A stretch of DNA of 42,423 bases, taken from sequence record PQ561394; one strand, written 5' to 3'. This DNA is from Escherichia phage Ec1-ASingh. The notes under the pieces are model-generated. The model searched no databases. It saw nothing but the letters and a program-made list of their open reading frames with translations, and was not told the DNA's origin. Shown here one piece after another: positions 8,691 to 19,002 of this stretch. The position numbers and the translations under genes are program-made. Positions within the stretch are counted from its first letter, which is position 1; every line of letters begins with the position of its first letter.

Positions 8691-10256
8691 ATGACTCAAG
8701 ACGCGCAGAACGTCAGCTATGAGTCTCTGTGGCAGAAGTACCGGGATAGCAACGTTGTCACGAAAGCGCGGGAGTACAGCCGCTACACACTGGCTAAGCT
8801 GGTGAGCGAGTACGACCGCAGTGACGTGGACGACATGAACCGCCAGCAGATTACTCGTGATTACCAGTCTGTCGGCGCTCTGCTCGTCAACAACCTGACC
8901 GCTCGGTTGGGTGAGTTCCTGTTCCCGGCTTCCGCACGATTCGTGAAGCTGAAATTAAACAAGGTGTCTGACCAACAGCGGCAGTCTATGTCGCAAGTGA
9001 ATCAGGCGCTTATCACTATTGAGAAGGCCATCGTAGACAAAGCCAAAGAGAATGGCGGCTACGCTGACCTGCTCCAGTGCATTGCCCAACAAGCTGTGAC
9101 CGGAAACGCCGCGCTGTACCGCGATATGGAAACTGGTTCGTACCGAGTGTACGGATTGGAATCCTTCGTGGTGCAGCGCGACGGTCGTGGCGTTGTGGTG
9201 GATGCTATTATCAAGGAGCGCATCCAGTGGGATTCTCTGCCGAAGGACTTTCAGAATGAACTGAACTCCAAAGGCTTCCGCTGTGGTGGGAACAAACGCG
9301 TGTGGCTGTACACCCGCGTCCTTCGCGTTCAGAAGGACAGTGGCAATTACGGCTACGAAGTAACGCAGCAGATTGGCAACTACCAAGGCTGCGTCTATAC
9401 CCCCGGTAAAGATTACTACCCTGAAAAAGTCTGCCCATGGTTATTCCCAGTGTGGTCTTTGAAGTCTGGCGAGCATTACGGTCGCGGGATTGTCGAAGAC
9501 CACGCTGGGGATTTCGCACGTCTGTCGCTCCTGTCTGAGCATTCTGCTCTGTACATGCAGGAAGCGCTGCGCGTGCTGTGGATGCTCACTGGCTCTGGCG
9601 GCAACGTCGATGACATTGAGAGCGCAGAGACTGGGCAGGTCATTCCACTCCAGAACGGCACCACGTTGTCGGGGCTGGAGGTCGGGGATTACCAGAAAGT
9701 TCAACAGGCCCGTGACGAAATCAACCAGATTGTGCAGCGACTGGCGCAAGCCTTCATGTACACTGGTGAGTTCCGTGACTCCGAACGTACCACCGCCACC
9801 GAAGTGCAGCAGGTAGCAACCAGCGCCGAGCGTGGGCTGGGTGGGCCGTACTCAATGCAGGCTAAGACCCTCCAGATTCCTCTGGCGTATGTCCTGCTCG
9901 CGGAGATTGACGAGTCCACCGTACCAGATATCGTCGGCAACATCCTGTCGCTTCAAGTCGAAGCTGGCTTGGATGCCCTCGGTCGAAGCATTGAAGCTGA
10001 GACGCTTATCAGAGCGCTCTCCGACTCGCAGGCAGCAATGGTTGCTGTCCAGAATATTAATGGCGTTGCTAACACCATCGACCCTCAGAAAGTCCTTGAG
10101 GTTATCTTTGCCTCCAATGGTGTTGCGCTGGACGACTATCGTAAGTCGCCACAAGACTTGGCCCAAGAAGGTCAGGCCATCGACAATGCAGCCGCTGCCG
10201 CCGCTGGCGTACAGCCGGGCGCAGTTGATGTAGCGCCTAACATCGCACAGATTTAA
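8691..10256 (+). CDS. portal (head-tail connector) protein
   Basis: 521 aa; GGGAG RBS; size and position upstream of scaffold/capsid as in T7 gp8 / phiKMV connector. Confidence 0.75.
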   Translation: MTQDAQNVSYESLWQKYRDSNVVTKAREYSRYTLAKLVSEYDRSDVDDMNRQQITRDYQSVGALLVNNLTARLGEFLFPASARFVKLKLNKVSDQQRQSMSQVNQALITIEKAIVDKAKENGGYADLLQCIAQQAVTGNAALYRDMETGSYRVYGLESFVVQRDGRGVVVDAIIKERIQWDSLPKDFQNELNSKGFRCGGNKRVWLYTRVLRVQKDSGNYGYEVTQQIGNYQGCVYTPGKDYYPEKVCPWLFPVWSLKSGEHYGRGIVEDHAGDFARLSLLSEHSALYMQEALRVLWMLTGSGGNVDDIESAETGQVIPLQNGTTLSGLEVGDYQKVQQARDEINQIVQRLAQAFMYTGEFRDSERTTATEVQQVATSAERGLGGPYSMQAKTLQIPLAYVLLAEIDESTVPDIVGNILSLQVEAGLDALGRSIEAETLIRALSDSQAAMVAVQNINGVANTIDPQKVLEVIFASNGVALDDYRKSPQDLAQEGQAIDNAAAAAAGVQPGAVDVAPNIAQI

Positions 10257-10266
10257 TGGAGAATAC

Positions 10267-11499
10267 ATGTTTGGTGAATCCCAACCTACTGCCGCACCCG
10301 CTCCCCAAAACGTACCCGCTGGCCCGACCTATACTCCCTCTGGTCACAGCGGTAATGATTATGGTGGAAGCCCACAGGTGGTACAGAACCCAGCGCTAGG
10401 CCGACTGGGTACGCCTATCGAGTTACCTCGTGGCGGCGCTACCCCGCAGCCAGTGCAGCCGTTCGGACAGCAGCCGGGCCTGATTCCTGCACAGGAGCAC
10501 AACCCGTATGCACAGCCCCAACAGGGAAACCCAAGTCCTTACGCACCCGTACCTCAGCAGAACCCGTATGGTGCTCCGCAGCAGACCTCTCCGTTTGCGG
10601 CACCACCAATTCCGGTTAATGGGTATCAGAATCCGGGCGCAACGCCTCCGGGCCAAGCGGCTCCGGCACAGCAGTTCCAGAACCCTGTAGCTCCACAGCC
10701 TTACGCTTTCGACCCGTACGGTCGTCAGCCGGGCCAGCCGCAGGCACCGCAACCTCAGCAGCAGCAGCCGCAACCTTTCCAACAGTTGCAGCCGCAGCAG
10801 CCGGGTCAACCGCCGCAGCAGTTCCAGAATCCCAACCTCACGGCTGATAAACTGGCGACTCAGGAAGGTGGCCTGACCGCAGAGCAGGTTGCTCAGATTT
10901 TCCCGGACGATACCAGTCGCGCCGTATTCCAAGGCATGGACACCATTGCCCGTGGCCAGAACATCGACCTGCTCGCAGCGTTCGGTTCTGCTTACGAGCG
11001 TCGTGACCCGTCTCTGGTGAACGACCGCTATCTGGCGCAGTTCGACCCACAGACTGTATCAATCCTCAAAGGTCAATTCGGCGCACTGGTTGCGGCTGGT
11101 CAGCAGCGCGACGCTGCAATCGAGCAGCAGGTTTACCAGATGGCTGGCGGCGAGGAACGATGGGGTCTGGCTGTACAGGCATTCAATACTGCTGCTGACA
11201 AGGGCACTATTGATGCTGTTGTCGCGGCTGTTAACTCCGGCGACCCTAATCAGGTACGTCTGGCAGTGAACACCATTCTCCAGTTCGCTGGTTCCGCAGG
11301 GAACTTGATTCAGCGCTCTGGACAAACTTTGACGCCTAATGGTGGCGGTCAAGCACCTCGTGAGGTTATGACCAACGAGGCATTCCGTCAGCATCTTGGC
11401 TGGCTTGAGCAGGCGCATCCTGTTGGTTCCCCGGAATACAACAAGCATTACGCCGTACTGGTAGAGCAGCGCCGTCAGGCTAAAGCTCAAGGTTACTAA
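10267..11499 (+). CDS. scaffolding protein with long Pro/Gln-rich low-complexity N-terminal half
   Basis: 410 aa between portal and capsid; residues ~1-190 dominated by P/Q/G repeats. Confidence 0.6.
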   Translation: MFGESQPTAAPAPQNVPAGPTYTPSGHSGNDYGGSPQVVQNPALGRLGTPIELPRGGATPQPVQPFGQQPGLIPAQEHNPYAQPQQGNPSPYAPVPQQNPYGAPQQTSPFAAPPIPVNGYQNPGATPPGQAAPAQQFQNPVAPQPYAFDPYGRQPGQPQAPQPQQQQPQPFQQLQPQQPGQPPQQFQNPNLTADKLATQEGGLTAEQVAQIFPDDTSRAVFQGMDTIARGQNIDLLAAFGSAYERRDPSLVNDRYLAQFDPQTVSILKGQFGALVAAGQQRDAAIEQQVYQMAGGEERWGLAVQAFNTAADKGTIDAVVAAVNSGDPNQVRLAVNTILQFAGSAGNLIQRSGQTLTPNGGGQAPREVMTNEAFRQHLGWLEQAHPVGSPEYNKHYAVLVEQRRQAKAQGY

Positions 11500-11519
11500 T
11501 TTCTTCGTAAGGATTTCTC

Positions 11520-12512
11520 ATGGCTGATAACGCTTATACCCCGAACCAGTTCCGTCCACACTGGGGTGGCGCGAACTCTGACAACGACATTCACCTTGAG
11601 GTGTATGACCGTGACGTGCAGACCCAGTTCATCTACAACTCCATCTTCCGTTCCGGTCTGACCAACTTCAAGTCTGTGGCTAACCAGTCCAACACTTGGC
11701 GTGGCGACCGTCTCGGCTCTGTGACCGTTAAAGGTCGTCGCTCTGGCGAGGCGCTGGACAACCAGCCTGTTCGCTCTGAGAAACTGATTGTCACTGTGGA
11801 TACCGTGTCTTACATCCGTATCCCGATTGACTATCAGGACGACTGGACTGCGCCGGACTTCCGTGCCGAGCTGACCCGTAACATGGGTACTGCTCAGGCT
11901 AAGGCGTTCGACCAAGCGCACGTCATCCAGCTCCAGAAGTCTGCTGACTTCGTGCCTCCGGCTTCTCTGGCTGGCGCGTTCAACGCAGGTATCAAGGAGC
12001 AGGTCACTCTGACTGGCACCGTGGCATCTGAGGAAGATGACGCGTCTGCGCTGGTACATGGCCACAAGAAAGCTATCGAGGCGTTCATTCGCCGCGACGC
12101 TGACCTTGGCCGTCTGGTTACGCTGATTGACCCGGCGTGGTTCAGCATTCTGCTGGAGCACAAGAAACTGATGAACGTTGAGTTCACTGGTGGCCGTGGT
12201 GTCAACGACTTTGCAATGCGTCGTGTGGCTTACGTGAACGGTATCCGTATCATCGAGAGCAACGCGTTCCCGCAGGCGGCAATCACTGACCACATCCTCG
12301 GCCCTGACTTCAACGTCACTGCCGACGAGATTCAGCGCAAGATGATTATCTTCGACCCGTCTCTGGCTCTGGTCACTGTCGAAGCCCAGCCGCTGTTCAA
12401 CCGCGTATGGGATGACGAACGTGAACTGACCAACGTTCTGGATAGCTTCCACATGTACACCGTGGGTCAGCGTCGTCCAGACGTGGTGGCAGTCGTCACT
12501 ACCGAGACCTAA
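11520..12512 (+). CDS. major capsid protein
   Basis: 330 aa, T7 gp10A-like size; followed by strong stem-loop; synteny. Confidence 0.8.
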   Translation: MADNAYTPNQFRPHWGGANSDNDIHLEVYDRDVQTQFIYNSIFRSGLTNFKSVANQSNTWRGDRLGSVTVKGRRSGEALDNQPVRSEKLIVTVDTVSYIRIPIDYQDDWTAPDFRAELTRNMGTAQAKAFDQAHVIQLQKSADFVPPASLAGAFNAGIKEQVTLTGTVASEEDDASALVHGHKKAIEAFIRRDADLGRLVTLIDPAWFSILLEHKKLMNVEFTGGRGVNDFAMRRVAYVNGIRIIESNAFPQAAITDHILGPDFNVTADEIQRKMIIFDPSLALVTVEAQPLFNRVWDDERELTNVLDSFHMYTVGQRRPDVVAVVTTET

Positions 12513-12522
12513 TGGTAAACTC

Positions 12523-12545
12523 GAAGCCCTTCTCTGAGGGGCTTC
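12523..12545 (+). terminator. stem-loop downstream of capsid gene (terminator-like; 10-bp stem with UUC/GAG closing pairs, triloop)
   Basis: GAAGCCC-TTC-tct-GAG-GGGCTTC; no clear U-tract, so may be a processing or stability element rather than an intrinsic terminator. Confidence 0.55.
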
Positions 12546-12568
12546 TATGATTATCACTGGGAGGTTTT

Positions 12569-13117
12569 ATGACTCTACTCGAAGCAGTAAACATTGTTCT
12601 TCGAGCATTGTCCGAACACACCGTATCTTCAACTGAGATTCGAAACCCGTCCGTTACCCTTGCACTTGACAAGATTGGTATCGCTCAGGAAGAAGTTCTC
12701 ACTGATGGTTGGTGGTTCAACAATATTCGAATCACCATCCCCCGCGAAACGGATGGTAGGGTTAAATATCCCGCCGACGCTCTGAGCTTCATCCCTGATG
12801 GGTTTGAGTGCATTGTGCGTGGCGGGTATCTTTACAACGCGCAATCCCAAACCTTTGTTTTTACAGAAGATGTTCCGGGATTGGTGACTTATGATTTAGG
12901 CTGGGAAGACCTGCCAAGTCCGGTGCAAAGACTCGTTGCTTATCAAGCAGCTATCTCTGCATACGCCGACGACATGGGAGACAACCCACCTGCCAGCGTG
13001 ACGGGCGGTTACGCTATGGCGCTCCAGCAGTGCCAGACCATTCATACCCGTCAGCGTCGATTCAATGCTCGCCAGCGTAAGAGCTGGTGGCGCTATGAGA
13101 GTGCTCGGAGAGGATAA
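12569..13117 (+). CDS. tail tubular protein A
   Basis: 182 aa; position after capsid, size like T7 gp11; synteny only. Confidence 0.65.
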   Translation: MTLLEAVNIVLRALSEHTVSSTEIRNPSVTLALDKIGIAQEEVLTDGWWFNNIRITIPRETDGRVKYPADALSFIPDGFECIVRGGYLYNAQSQTFVFTEDVPGLVTYDLGWEDLPSPVQRLVAYQAAISAYADDMGDNPPASVTGGYAMALQQCQTIHTRQRRFNARQRKSWWRYESARRG

Positions 13118-15561
13118 TGCCAGTATACCAAGGCGCTTATAAATCCATCCTCGGCGGCGTGAGCCAGCAGGTCTATACCGACCGACAGCTATCGCAGGTT
13201 GAGGAACAGGTCAACATGACCTCTGATACTGTTCGTGGCCTGCGTAAACGCCCCGGCACCCGACTGCACCGCACTGTGGATTCCACTAACGCGAACGTCT
13301 GGAGCCTTGGTAACTTTGGCCACTTACGCTTCTATACCACTAACCTCGGATGGGGCATTACCACGTTCATCGTCAACACGAAGACTGGTTACGTCACGTC
13401 CATCGTCGAGACTGAGACTGTCCAGTTCATGGGTCAGTCCAGCTATCTCGTCACGAACAACCCCGACGACATTGTATTCGCTACCGTGGGTAACACCATG
13501 TATGTTGCCAACTGCTCCAAGCTGCCCGTGCTTCTGGAGAACGAGACGCGTATGAATCCGGGTCGCCGGGGTTACTTCTTTGTGCTGGCTGGCGGCTACG
13601 GTAAGCAGTACACCGTCCGTATTGAGACCAGCGGCGGTGCTGTGTCTGCATCGTATACCACCCCGAACTCGGATGCAGGTGGGGCATCAGCACAGTCTAC
13701 CCCTGAATACATCATTGGTCAGTTGAAGACTCAGCTCGACGCTGCCATCGGCGGTGCGACTGGGCTTGAGGTTGTGCAGGTGGATGGCGCGTACATGTAC
13801 CTCCAGACCACTGCCGCGTACACTGACCTGAACGTATCCACCAACACTGGCTCCAGCTATGCGATTGCCTCGAACACGCATCGCGTCGATTTGACCACCA
13901 AACTCCCGGCACGTCTGCCGACTCAGGCTGGTGGCTTCATCATGACCGTTGGTGACGACAGCTTCGCTCAGTATTTCCAGTGGGATTACGCGAACTCGCG
14001 CTGGGTGGAGAAGGGTGCCTACGGCTCCCCGACCGGGATTAACCCAAGCACCATGCCGCTGATTTTCAGCACGACCTCGACCACGAACCAGCACACCTTT
14101 ACGCAGGGTACGTGGCCGGGCCGACTGGCTGGTGATGATAAGACCAACTCCATCCCAGCATTCACTGATGCTGATGGTGTGGGCATTACTGGACTGGCCT
14201 CCTTCCAAGGTCGCCTGATTGTATTCTCCGGGCCGTACATTACCATGGGTTCCAGCAACAAGGAAGACCGCAACAACTTCTTCCGTACGACTGTGACGCA
14301 GGTACTGGACGACGACCGTATCGAGTTCACTGCATCCAGCTTCGCCGGGGCATCGTTCCGGTACGGTATCCCGTTCAACTCTGACCTGATTCTGGCCAGT
14401 GAAGAACACCAAGCCGTTATCCCCGGACGTAACCAAATCCTCACGCCGAATAACGCCACCGCTGTGTTGACCTCGACGTACCAGATGGACACTGGCGTAG
14501 CACCGACCACCTCTGGACGCAGCCTGTATTATGCGTACCCGCGCTCGAACAGCTCGTTCTCCATCAAGGAGATGCTGCCGTCCGGCTACACGGATTTGCA
14601 GTACGTGAGTCAGGATGTGACTGACCACCTGCCGACCTATCTGGAAGGGGCCAACTCGTACATCTCTGCCAGCACCACGAACAACATCGTCGTGTTCGGC
14701 TCGACGACTGAGAAGTCCACGCTGTACGTGAACGAGTACCTCTGGTCTGGTGACGAGAAGGTTCTGTCCTCGTGGCACCGCTGGGAAATCTACGGCACCG
14801 TGCAGGCTGCATGGTTCGTCCGTGAGGTTCTGGTTGTGCTGGCTGAGCAGCAGGGCCACATGAACTTGCTCACGCTGTCCATGCGAGACTCCCCTGACCC
14901 GACTGACCCGGCGCGATTCCTCCCGGCCATTGACTACGCCCAGTTGATGACTGTGACGAACCCGGCCACGGACAGCTCGTACATCCAGTTCGCCGCGACA
15001 GGCGAGCAGAAGGCGCTGTGGGATATCATCCAGTACCGCTACCAGACTGAGGGCAACTGGGATTTCATGACGAACGTAGTGCCGTCCGGCAACTACATCG
15101 GGGCTGAGGTGGGTATCAAGTCCATCGACACCACGAACCGCCGTGTCTATCTCCAGCCATCATATGGCAGCACCTCACTGTACGTGGGCCTGCGATTCAA
15201 AGCAGTGTTCAGCCCTACGCCGCCGCGAGTGTTCAATCAGGACGGCTCGTACATGGATGTGAACAAGATGGTCATCATGCACTACAACTTCACGTTGCGG
15301 TACACGAGCCTGTTCAACATCACAGCGAGCGACCGGGGCGCGTACTCGGCGCTGAACATTATCAGCAGCCCTATCCGGTACACCAGTCAGGAGTTAGGTC
15401 TGGAGTCAGCGACGCTGGCTAAGCGTGCGCACTTGAAAGTTCGCATGGGTCTTGAGGTGGAATCCAGCAGCATGGTTGTGGACTCGTCCACGGCTGGCGA
15501 CCTGAACATTCAGGGGCTGGGTTACTTCATCAAGTTCTACAACAAAGTTCGGAGAATCTAA
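13117..15561 (+). CDS. tail tubular protein B
   Basis: 814 aa; size like T7 gp12; ATG overlaps upstream stop; synteny. Confidence 0.7.
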   Translation: MPVYQGAYKSILGGVSQQVYTDRQLSQVEEQVNMTSDTVRGLRKRPGTRLHRTVDSTNANVWSLGNFGHLRFYTTNLGWGITTFIVNTKTGYVTSIVETETVQFMGQSSYLVTNNPDDIVFATVGNTMYVANCSKLPVLLENETRMNPGRRGYFFVLAGGYGKQYTVRIETSGGAVSASYTTPNSDAGGASAQSTPEYIIGQLKTQLDAAIGGATGLEVVQVDGAYMYLQTTAAYTDLNVSTNTGSSYAIASNTHRVDLTTKLPARLPTQAGGFIMTVGDDSFAQYFQWDYANSRWVEKGAYGSPTGINPSTMPLIFSTTSTTNQHTFTQGTWPGRLAGDDKTNSIPAFTDADGVGITGLASFQGRLIVFSGPYITMGSSNKEDRNNFFRTTVTQVLDDDRIEFTASSFAGASFRYGIPFNSDLILASEEHQAVIPGRNQILTPNNATAVLTSTYQMDTGVAPTTSGRSLYYAYPRSNSSFSIKEMLPSGYTDLQYVSQDVTDHLPTYLEGANSYISASTTNNIVVFGSTTEKSTLYVNEYLWSGDEKVLSSWHRWEIYGTVQAAWFVREVLVVLAEQQGHMNLLTLSMRDSPDPTDPARFLPAIDYAQLMTVTNPATDSSYIQFAATGEQKALWDIIQYRYQTEGNWDFMTNVVPSGNYIGAEVGIKSIDTTNRRVYLQPSYGSTSLYVGLRFKAVFSPTPPRVFNQDGSYMDVNKMVIMHYNFTLRYTSLFNITASDRGAYSALNIISSPIRYTSQELGLESATLAKRAHLKVRMGLEVESSSMVVDSSTAGDLNIQGLGYFIKFYNKVRRI

Positions 15562-15562
15562 T

Positions 15563-16303
15563 ATGGGTTGGGCAGCTTTTGCTAAAGCTGGTGCCGACGC
15601 TACGAACTCCTTCATCACCACCTACGCTCAAGGACGAGCGGAACGTGCGCAGATGAAGGCTGTGCAGGCAGAGAACGAACGCCTGAACAAGCAGACGTGG
15701 CAGGCAATGGGCCAGCGCATCAACACCGTGAATCTCCAGCGTGGCCTGCTCCGGCAGCAGACTGGCACCGACCTATACAATATCAACAAGGAAGCTAACC
15801 GGGCATCCGGCGCGAGCATTAACAACGCAGCCGCTGCCGGGATTGAAGGTGCCTCTGTGGACGAGGCGGTCACGGATATCAGCCGTCAGAATCAGGAAAG
15901 CCAAGCGCAGACCCGGTTCAACGAGCAGATTCAGGAGATGAACCTCGATACCAGCATCAACGATATCATCGACACAGCAGTCGCAGCTCAGCGTTATTCG
16001 CAGAAGCCAGCGAGCAACAGCATGATTTTGGGCCGCGCCATTGGCGTATCCTCTATGCAGTTTGCTTCAAGCCTCGCGCAGACCAGCTTCGACTACATGC
16101 CGACCGAAGGTGCGAAAGGTACTGGCACGCAGAGTGGCAGTGCAGGCGCTACAGCGTCAACGTTCAGTAACCTCGGCTCCACTACAGCGAGTTATGGAAC
16201 AACTAACTGGATGCAAAAGGCTGGGGAATTTAACCCAGTTCCGGCGCAGTATCAATCAAATCGTTACATGGGCTACGGCTCAGGTTCAATCTTTGGGGGC
16301 TAA
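15563..16303 (+). CDS. internal virion protein (gp14-like position)
   Basis: 246 aa; synteny. Confidence 0.55.
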   Translation: MGWAAFAKAGADATNSFITTYAQGRAERAQMKAVQAENERLNKQTWQAMGQRINTVNLQRGLLRQQTGTDLYNINKEANRASGASINNAAAAGIEGASVDEAVTDISRQNQESQAQTRFNEQIQEMNLDTSINDIIDTAVAAQRYSQKPASNSMILGRAIGVSSMQFASSLAQTSFDYMPTEGAKGTGTQSGSAGATASTFSNLGSTTASYGTTNWMQKAGEFNPVPAQYQSNRYMGYGSGSIFGG

Positions 16304-16305
16304 TC

Positions 16306-19002
16306 ATGGCTACTATGCGTGACCAGCGTGGCGCTAACCTTAATGCTGCGCAGCAGGGATTACCAAGTGTGCAGCAGGCGCAGACTCCGTTCAGTCTCGC
16401 AGGCCGCGATACTCGCATTGACACGTTTCCTACCGAGTCCATTCAGCGCGTACTGAACATGGCCAGCCAATTGGCTGGTCGTGTCACTGAGCGTGCGAAC
16501 GAGGAAGAATACCTCAAGGGTGCCAACGCCGCCGCGAGCGGCAAGGCTGTTGAGGATTTGGATTCGAACTGGCTCACTGCCCAGTTCCAGAAGGCTGGTT
16601 ACAACGACCAGTACAAGCGTATGCAGATGGCGAAAGTCGCCTCTGATATCTCGGCTAACATGCCGCAGTACGCGAAAATGAGTCCTGACGAGTTCTTGAA
16701 GGTGGTGGACGAGAAGACCACTGGCCTGTTCGAGAACACTGATGGCATGACGCTGAATGGTCGTAAGGCTCTGCTGGAGAACCAGCTCACGTTCAGCAAT
16801 ACCCTTATCCGTACGCAGGCTGCCCAGCATGGTAAGTATCTGGTTGAGCAGCGTGCGGCGATGTACAACTCGCAGGGTAACACTCTCGTTACTCTGGCGG
16901 CTCAGGCCAAAGCAACTGGTGACGGCGGCGCGTACGCTAACGCCACGGCTGCGACCATGGCATGGGCCAAGTCCATTCTGGCAGACGAGAAGCTGCCACT
17001 GGAAACTCGCCGGACTCAGGTAACGTCCATGATGGGGCTGATGCTCCAGCAGGATTTGCGTACTCCGGTCGAGACTGCTGTGAACTCAGGGCTGTTCAAC
17101 GAGCTGCCTGCGGAAGACTTGGCCAAGCTGCAAGGTCAGATTCGTGAATCCAAATCTCGTACCGAGGTTCAGGACAACATGGGTCTGCTGGCACAGAAAG
17201 GTCAACTCGACGCACGACAAGCAGTGTTCGGTGACGTTACGCCGGAGCAGTACACTCAGACGCTCCAGCAGATGGTGGACAACAAACTGATTAGCGCCAG
17301 CGGTTTTAGCTCGGCTATCGAGTCCTTCTACAAGGACTACGCCAAGCAAGCCAAGGCCAGCCAGCTCGGTCAGGCTTACGCTACCGGGAACCAGACGTAT
17401 ATGCTCCAGCAGGGCGCGAGCGAGCAGGATGGTGCTGACGCATTCATCAAGGCTCGCATGAAGCAACCGGGCGCGACGGCAAGCTCCGTGGCATTCGACC
17501 TGCTGCAAGTTGGCGCACAGACTGGTTTCCCTTCCGCGTATAAGTCTGCCGCGAAACTGATTGAACCATCCCTGTCGAACTTCGGCACCGTGGATGAAAT
17601 GAACCCTGATGCAGCCGCTACCGTAACCGGGCTGATTGACCGCGTAACCGTGGCCGAGAATCAGGGTGACAAGACCGCGTGGACTAAACTCCTGTCCGGT
17701 CTGTCCGAGGAAAACCAAGAGAAGATGGTGTACATGCGCGAGCAGATTAAGGCCGGGCGCACCATCGACCAAGCTGGTCAGGGTTACATCAAACAGCAGC
17801 AGGACTATGCTGGCTTAACCCCGGCACAGAAATCTCAAATTCTCACGCAGCGTCAATCTGACGTTAACAATGTGGTGAACTCCCTTGAGGCTCAGGGCTT
17901 CTTCTCCCGCACTTGGCAGGGGCTGGCTGGTCTGTTCTCAGACACTCAGCAGAACCTGTTCCAAGCTCGCGTCGCATCTGGTGACATTACTGCCGCGCAG
18001 GAAATGTCGGAGGTGGCTGCCGCGTACCGCGAGGAACTGCAAGCTGTTGTCCTCAAGAACCCTAACATCACGAAGGATGGTATGGAAGCTCTGGCCTCTG
18101 CGAAGCTGGCCAACCGTGTCCTCCGCGTTGGGGAAACCACATTCAGCCCCGGCTCTGTGCTTATCGCACCGAGAGGCCAAACTGTTCAGTCTATGCTCGG
18201 CTTGCCTGCTGACGTAGCCCCCGACCGTATTGGTCGCGCTATCGCCGCACTTGACCAGACCAAGGCACCAGAAGGCTTCGAGTCGTCCTACTCCTTTATG
18301 CCAGATGGCTCCCTGAACGTTCAGTTCTTCAACAAGCAAGGTGACGTTTCTCCGAACTCGGTACGCATTCTGCCGCAGGTCGTGCAGGAACGCATCCGTG
18401 AAGATGACCGTGCAGCGGCCACTGCCAATAACGAAGTCTATGGCGACGGGAAACTCTTTGTTGATAAGACCAGTAACGTGGGTATCCGCGTGAACGGCGT
18501 GAATACTGCTGGGGTAGACGAGCAGCGTATGCTTGTTGCCCGTGGCAAACTGATTGACTTCGAAGGTATCCGCAGCACCACTTACCGTGACAGCACTGGC
18601 GTGCAGACGAACGGGGTCGGTATCTCCGACCGCAGCCCGTACTTTGCTGAGGGTCAGGCTTCCGGTATGAAAGGCGGTACTGAATGGTCTCCGCGAACTA
18701 TCCACGATACGTTCGTGGCACACACCAACATGGTAGCCCGGCAGATGCCCGGCACTGCTGCTGCACTGGGGTGGAGTCGTGACAACGATGCCCAGTTCCA
18801 GTTCATGATGCAGATGGGTTATCAGGCAGGTTCAAGCTGGTACCGTACCGATGGTGCGTACAGCAAACTGGCTGATGCAATCCGTGTTGGCGACCGAGAG
18901 AAAGCTGTTCAGGCTCTGGCTGCGACCCCGGCTTACAAGCTGTCGCAGGACGAGCGTAAGCAGTATTACGTCCAAACTCTACTCGCAGGTATGCAGGAAT
19001 GA
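16306..19002 (+). CDS. internal virion protein (gp15-like position)
   Basis: 898 aa; synteny; 4-nt overlap with next gene. Confidence 0.6.
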   Translation: MATMRDQRGANLNAAQQGLPSVQQAQTPFSLAGRDTRIDTFPTESIQRVLNMASQLAGRVTERANEEEYLKGANAAASGKAVEDLDSNWLTAQFQKAGYNDQYKRMQMAKVASDISANMPQYAKMSPDEFLKVVDEKTTGLFENTDGMTLNGRKALLENQLTFSNTLIRTQAAQHGKYLVEQRAAMYNSQGNTLVTLAAQAKATGDGGAYANATAATMAWAKSILADEKLPLETRRTQVTSMMGLMLQQDLRTPVETAVNSGLFNELPAEDLAKLQGQIRESKSRTEVQDNMGLLAQKGQLDARQAVFGDVTPEQYTQTLQQMVDNKLISASGFSSAIESFYKDYAKQAKASQLGQAYATGNQTYMLQQGASEQDGADAFIKARMKQPGATASSVAFDLLQVGAQTGFPSAYKSAAKLIEPSLSNFGTVDEMNPDAAATVTGLIDRVTVAENQGDKTAWTKLLSGLSEENQEKMVYMREQIKAGRTIDQAGQGYIKQQQDYAGLTPAQKSQILTQRQSDVNNVVNSLEAQGFFSRTWQGLAGLFSDTQQNLFQARVASGDITAAQEMSEVAAAYREELQAVVLKNPNITKDGMEALASAKLANRVLRVGETTFSPGSVLIAPRGQTVQSMLGLPADVAPDRIGRAIAALDQTKAPEGFESSYSFMPDGSLNVQFFNKQGDVSPNSVRILPQVVQERIREDDRAAATANNEVYGDGKLFVDKTSNVGIRVNGVNTAGVDEQRMLVARGKLIDFEGIRSTTYRDSTGVQTNGVGISDRSPYFAEGQASGMKGGTEWSPRTIHDTFVAHTNMVARQMPGTAAALGWSRDNDAQFQFMMQMGYQAGSSWYRTDGAYSKLADAIRVGDREKAVQALAATPAYKLSQDERKQYYVQTLLAGMQE

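Noticed and set aside
12440-12512. Possible programmed -1 frameshift at the end of the capsid gene (as for T7 gene 10A/10B)
   Set aside because: No slippery heptamer seen in the last ~70 nt and the gene ends right before the stem-loop; no support.
11496-12557. 353-aa minus-strand ORF antisense to the major capsid gene
   Set aside because: Lies entirely opposite a high-confidence + strand gene in a genome that is otherwise transcribed from one strand; long antisense ORFs are expected in GC-rich coding sequence. The same reasoning applies to the other long minus-strand ORFs (e.g. 5714..6595, 13687..14859, 17086..17772, 17938..18723, 20028..20936, 21117..22004, 22880..23728, 35116..35811, 39899..40603).
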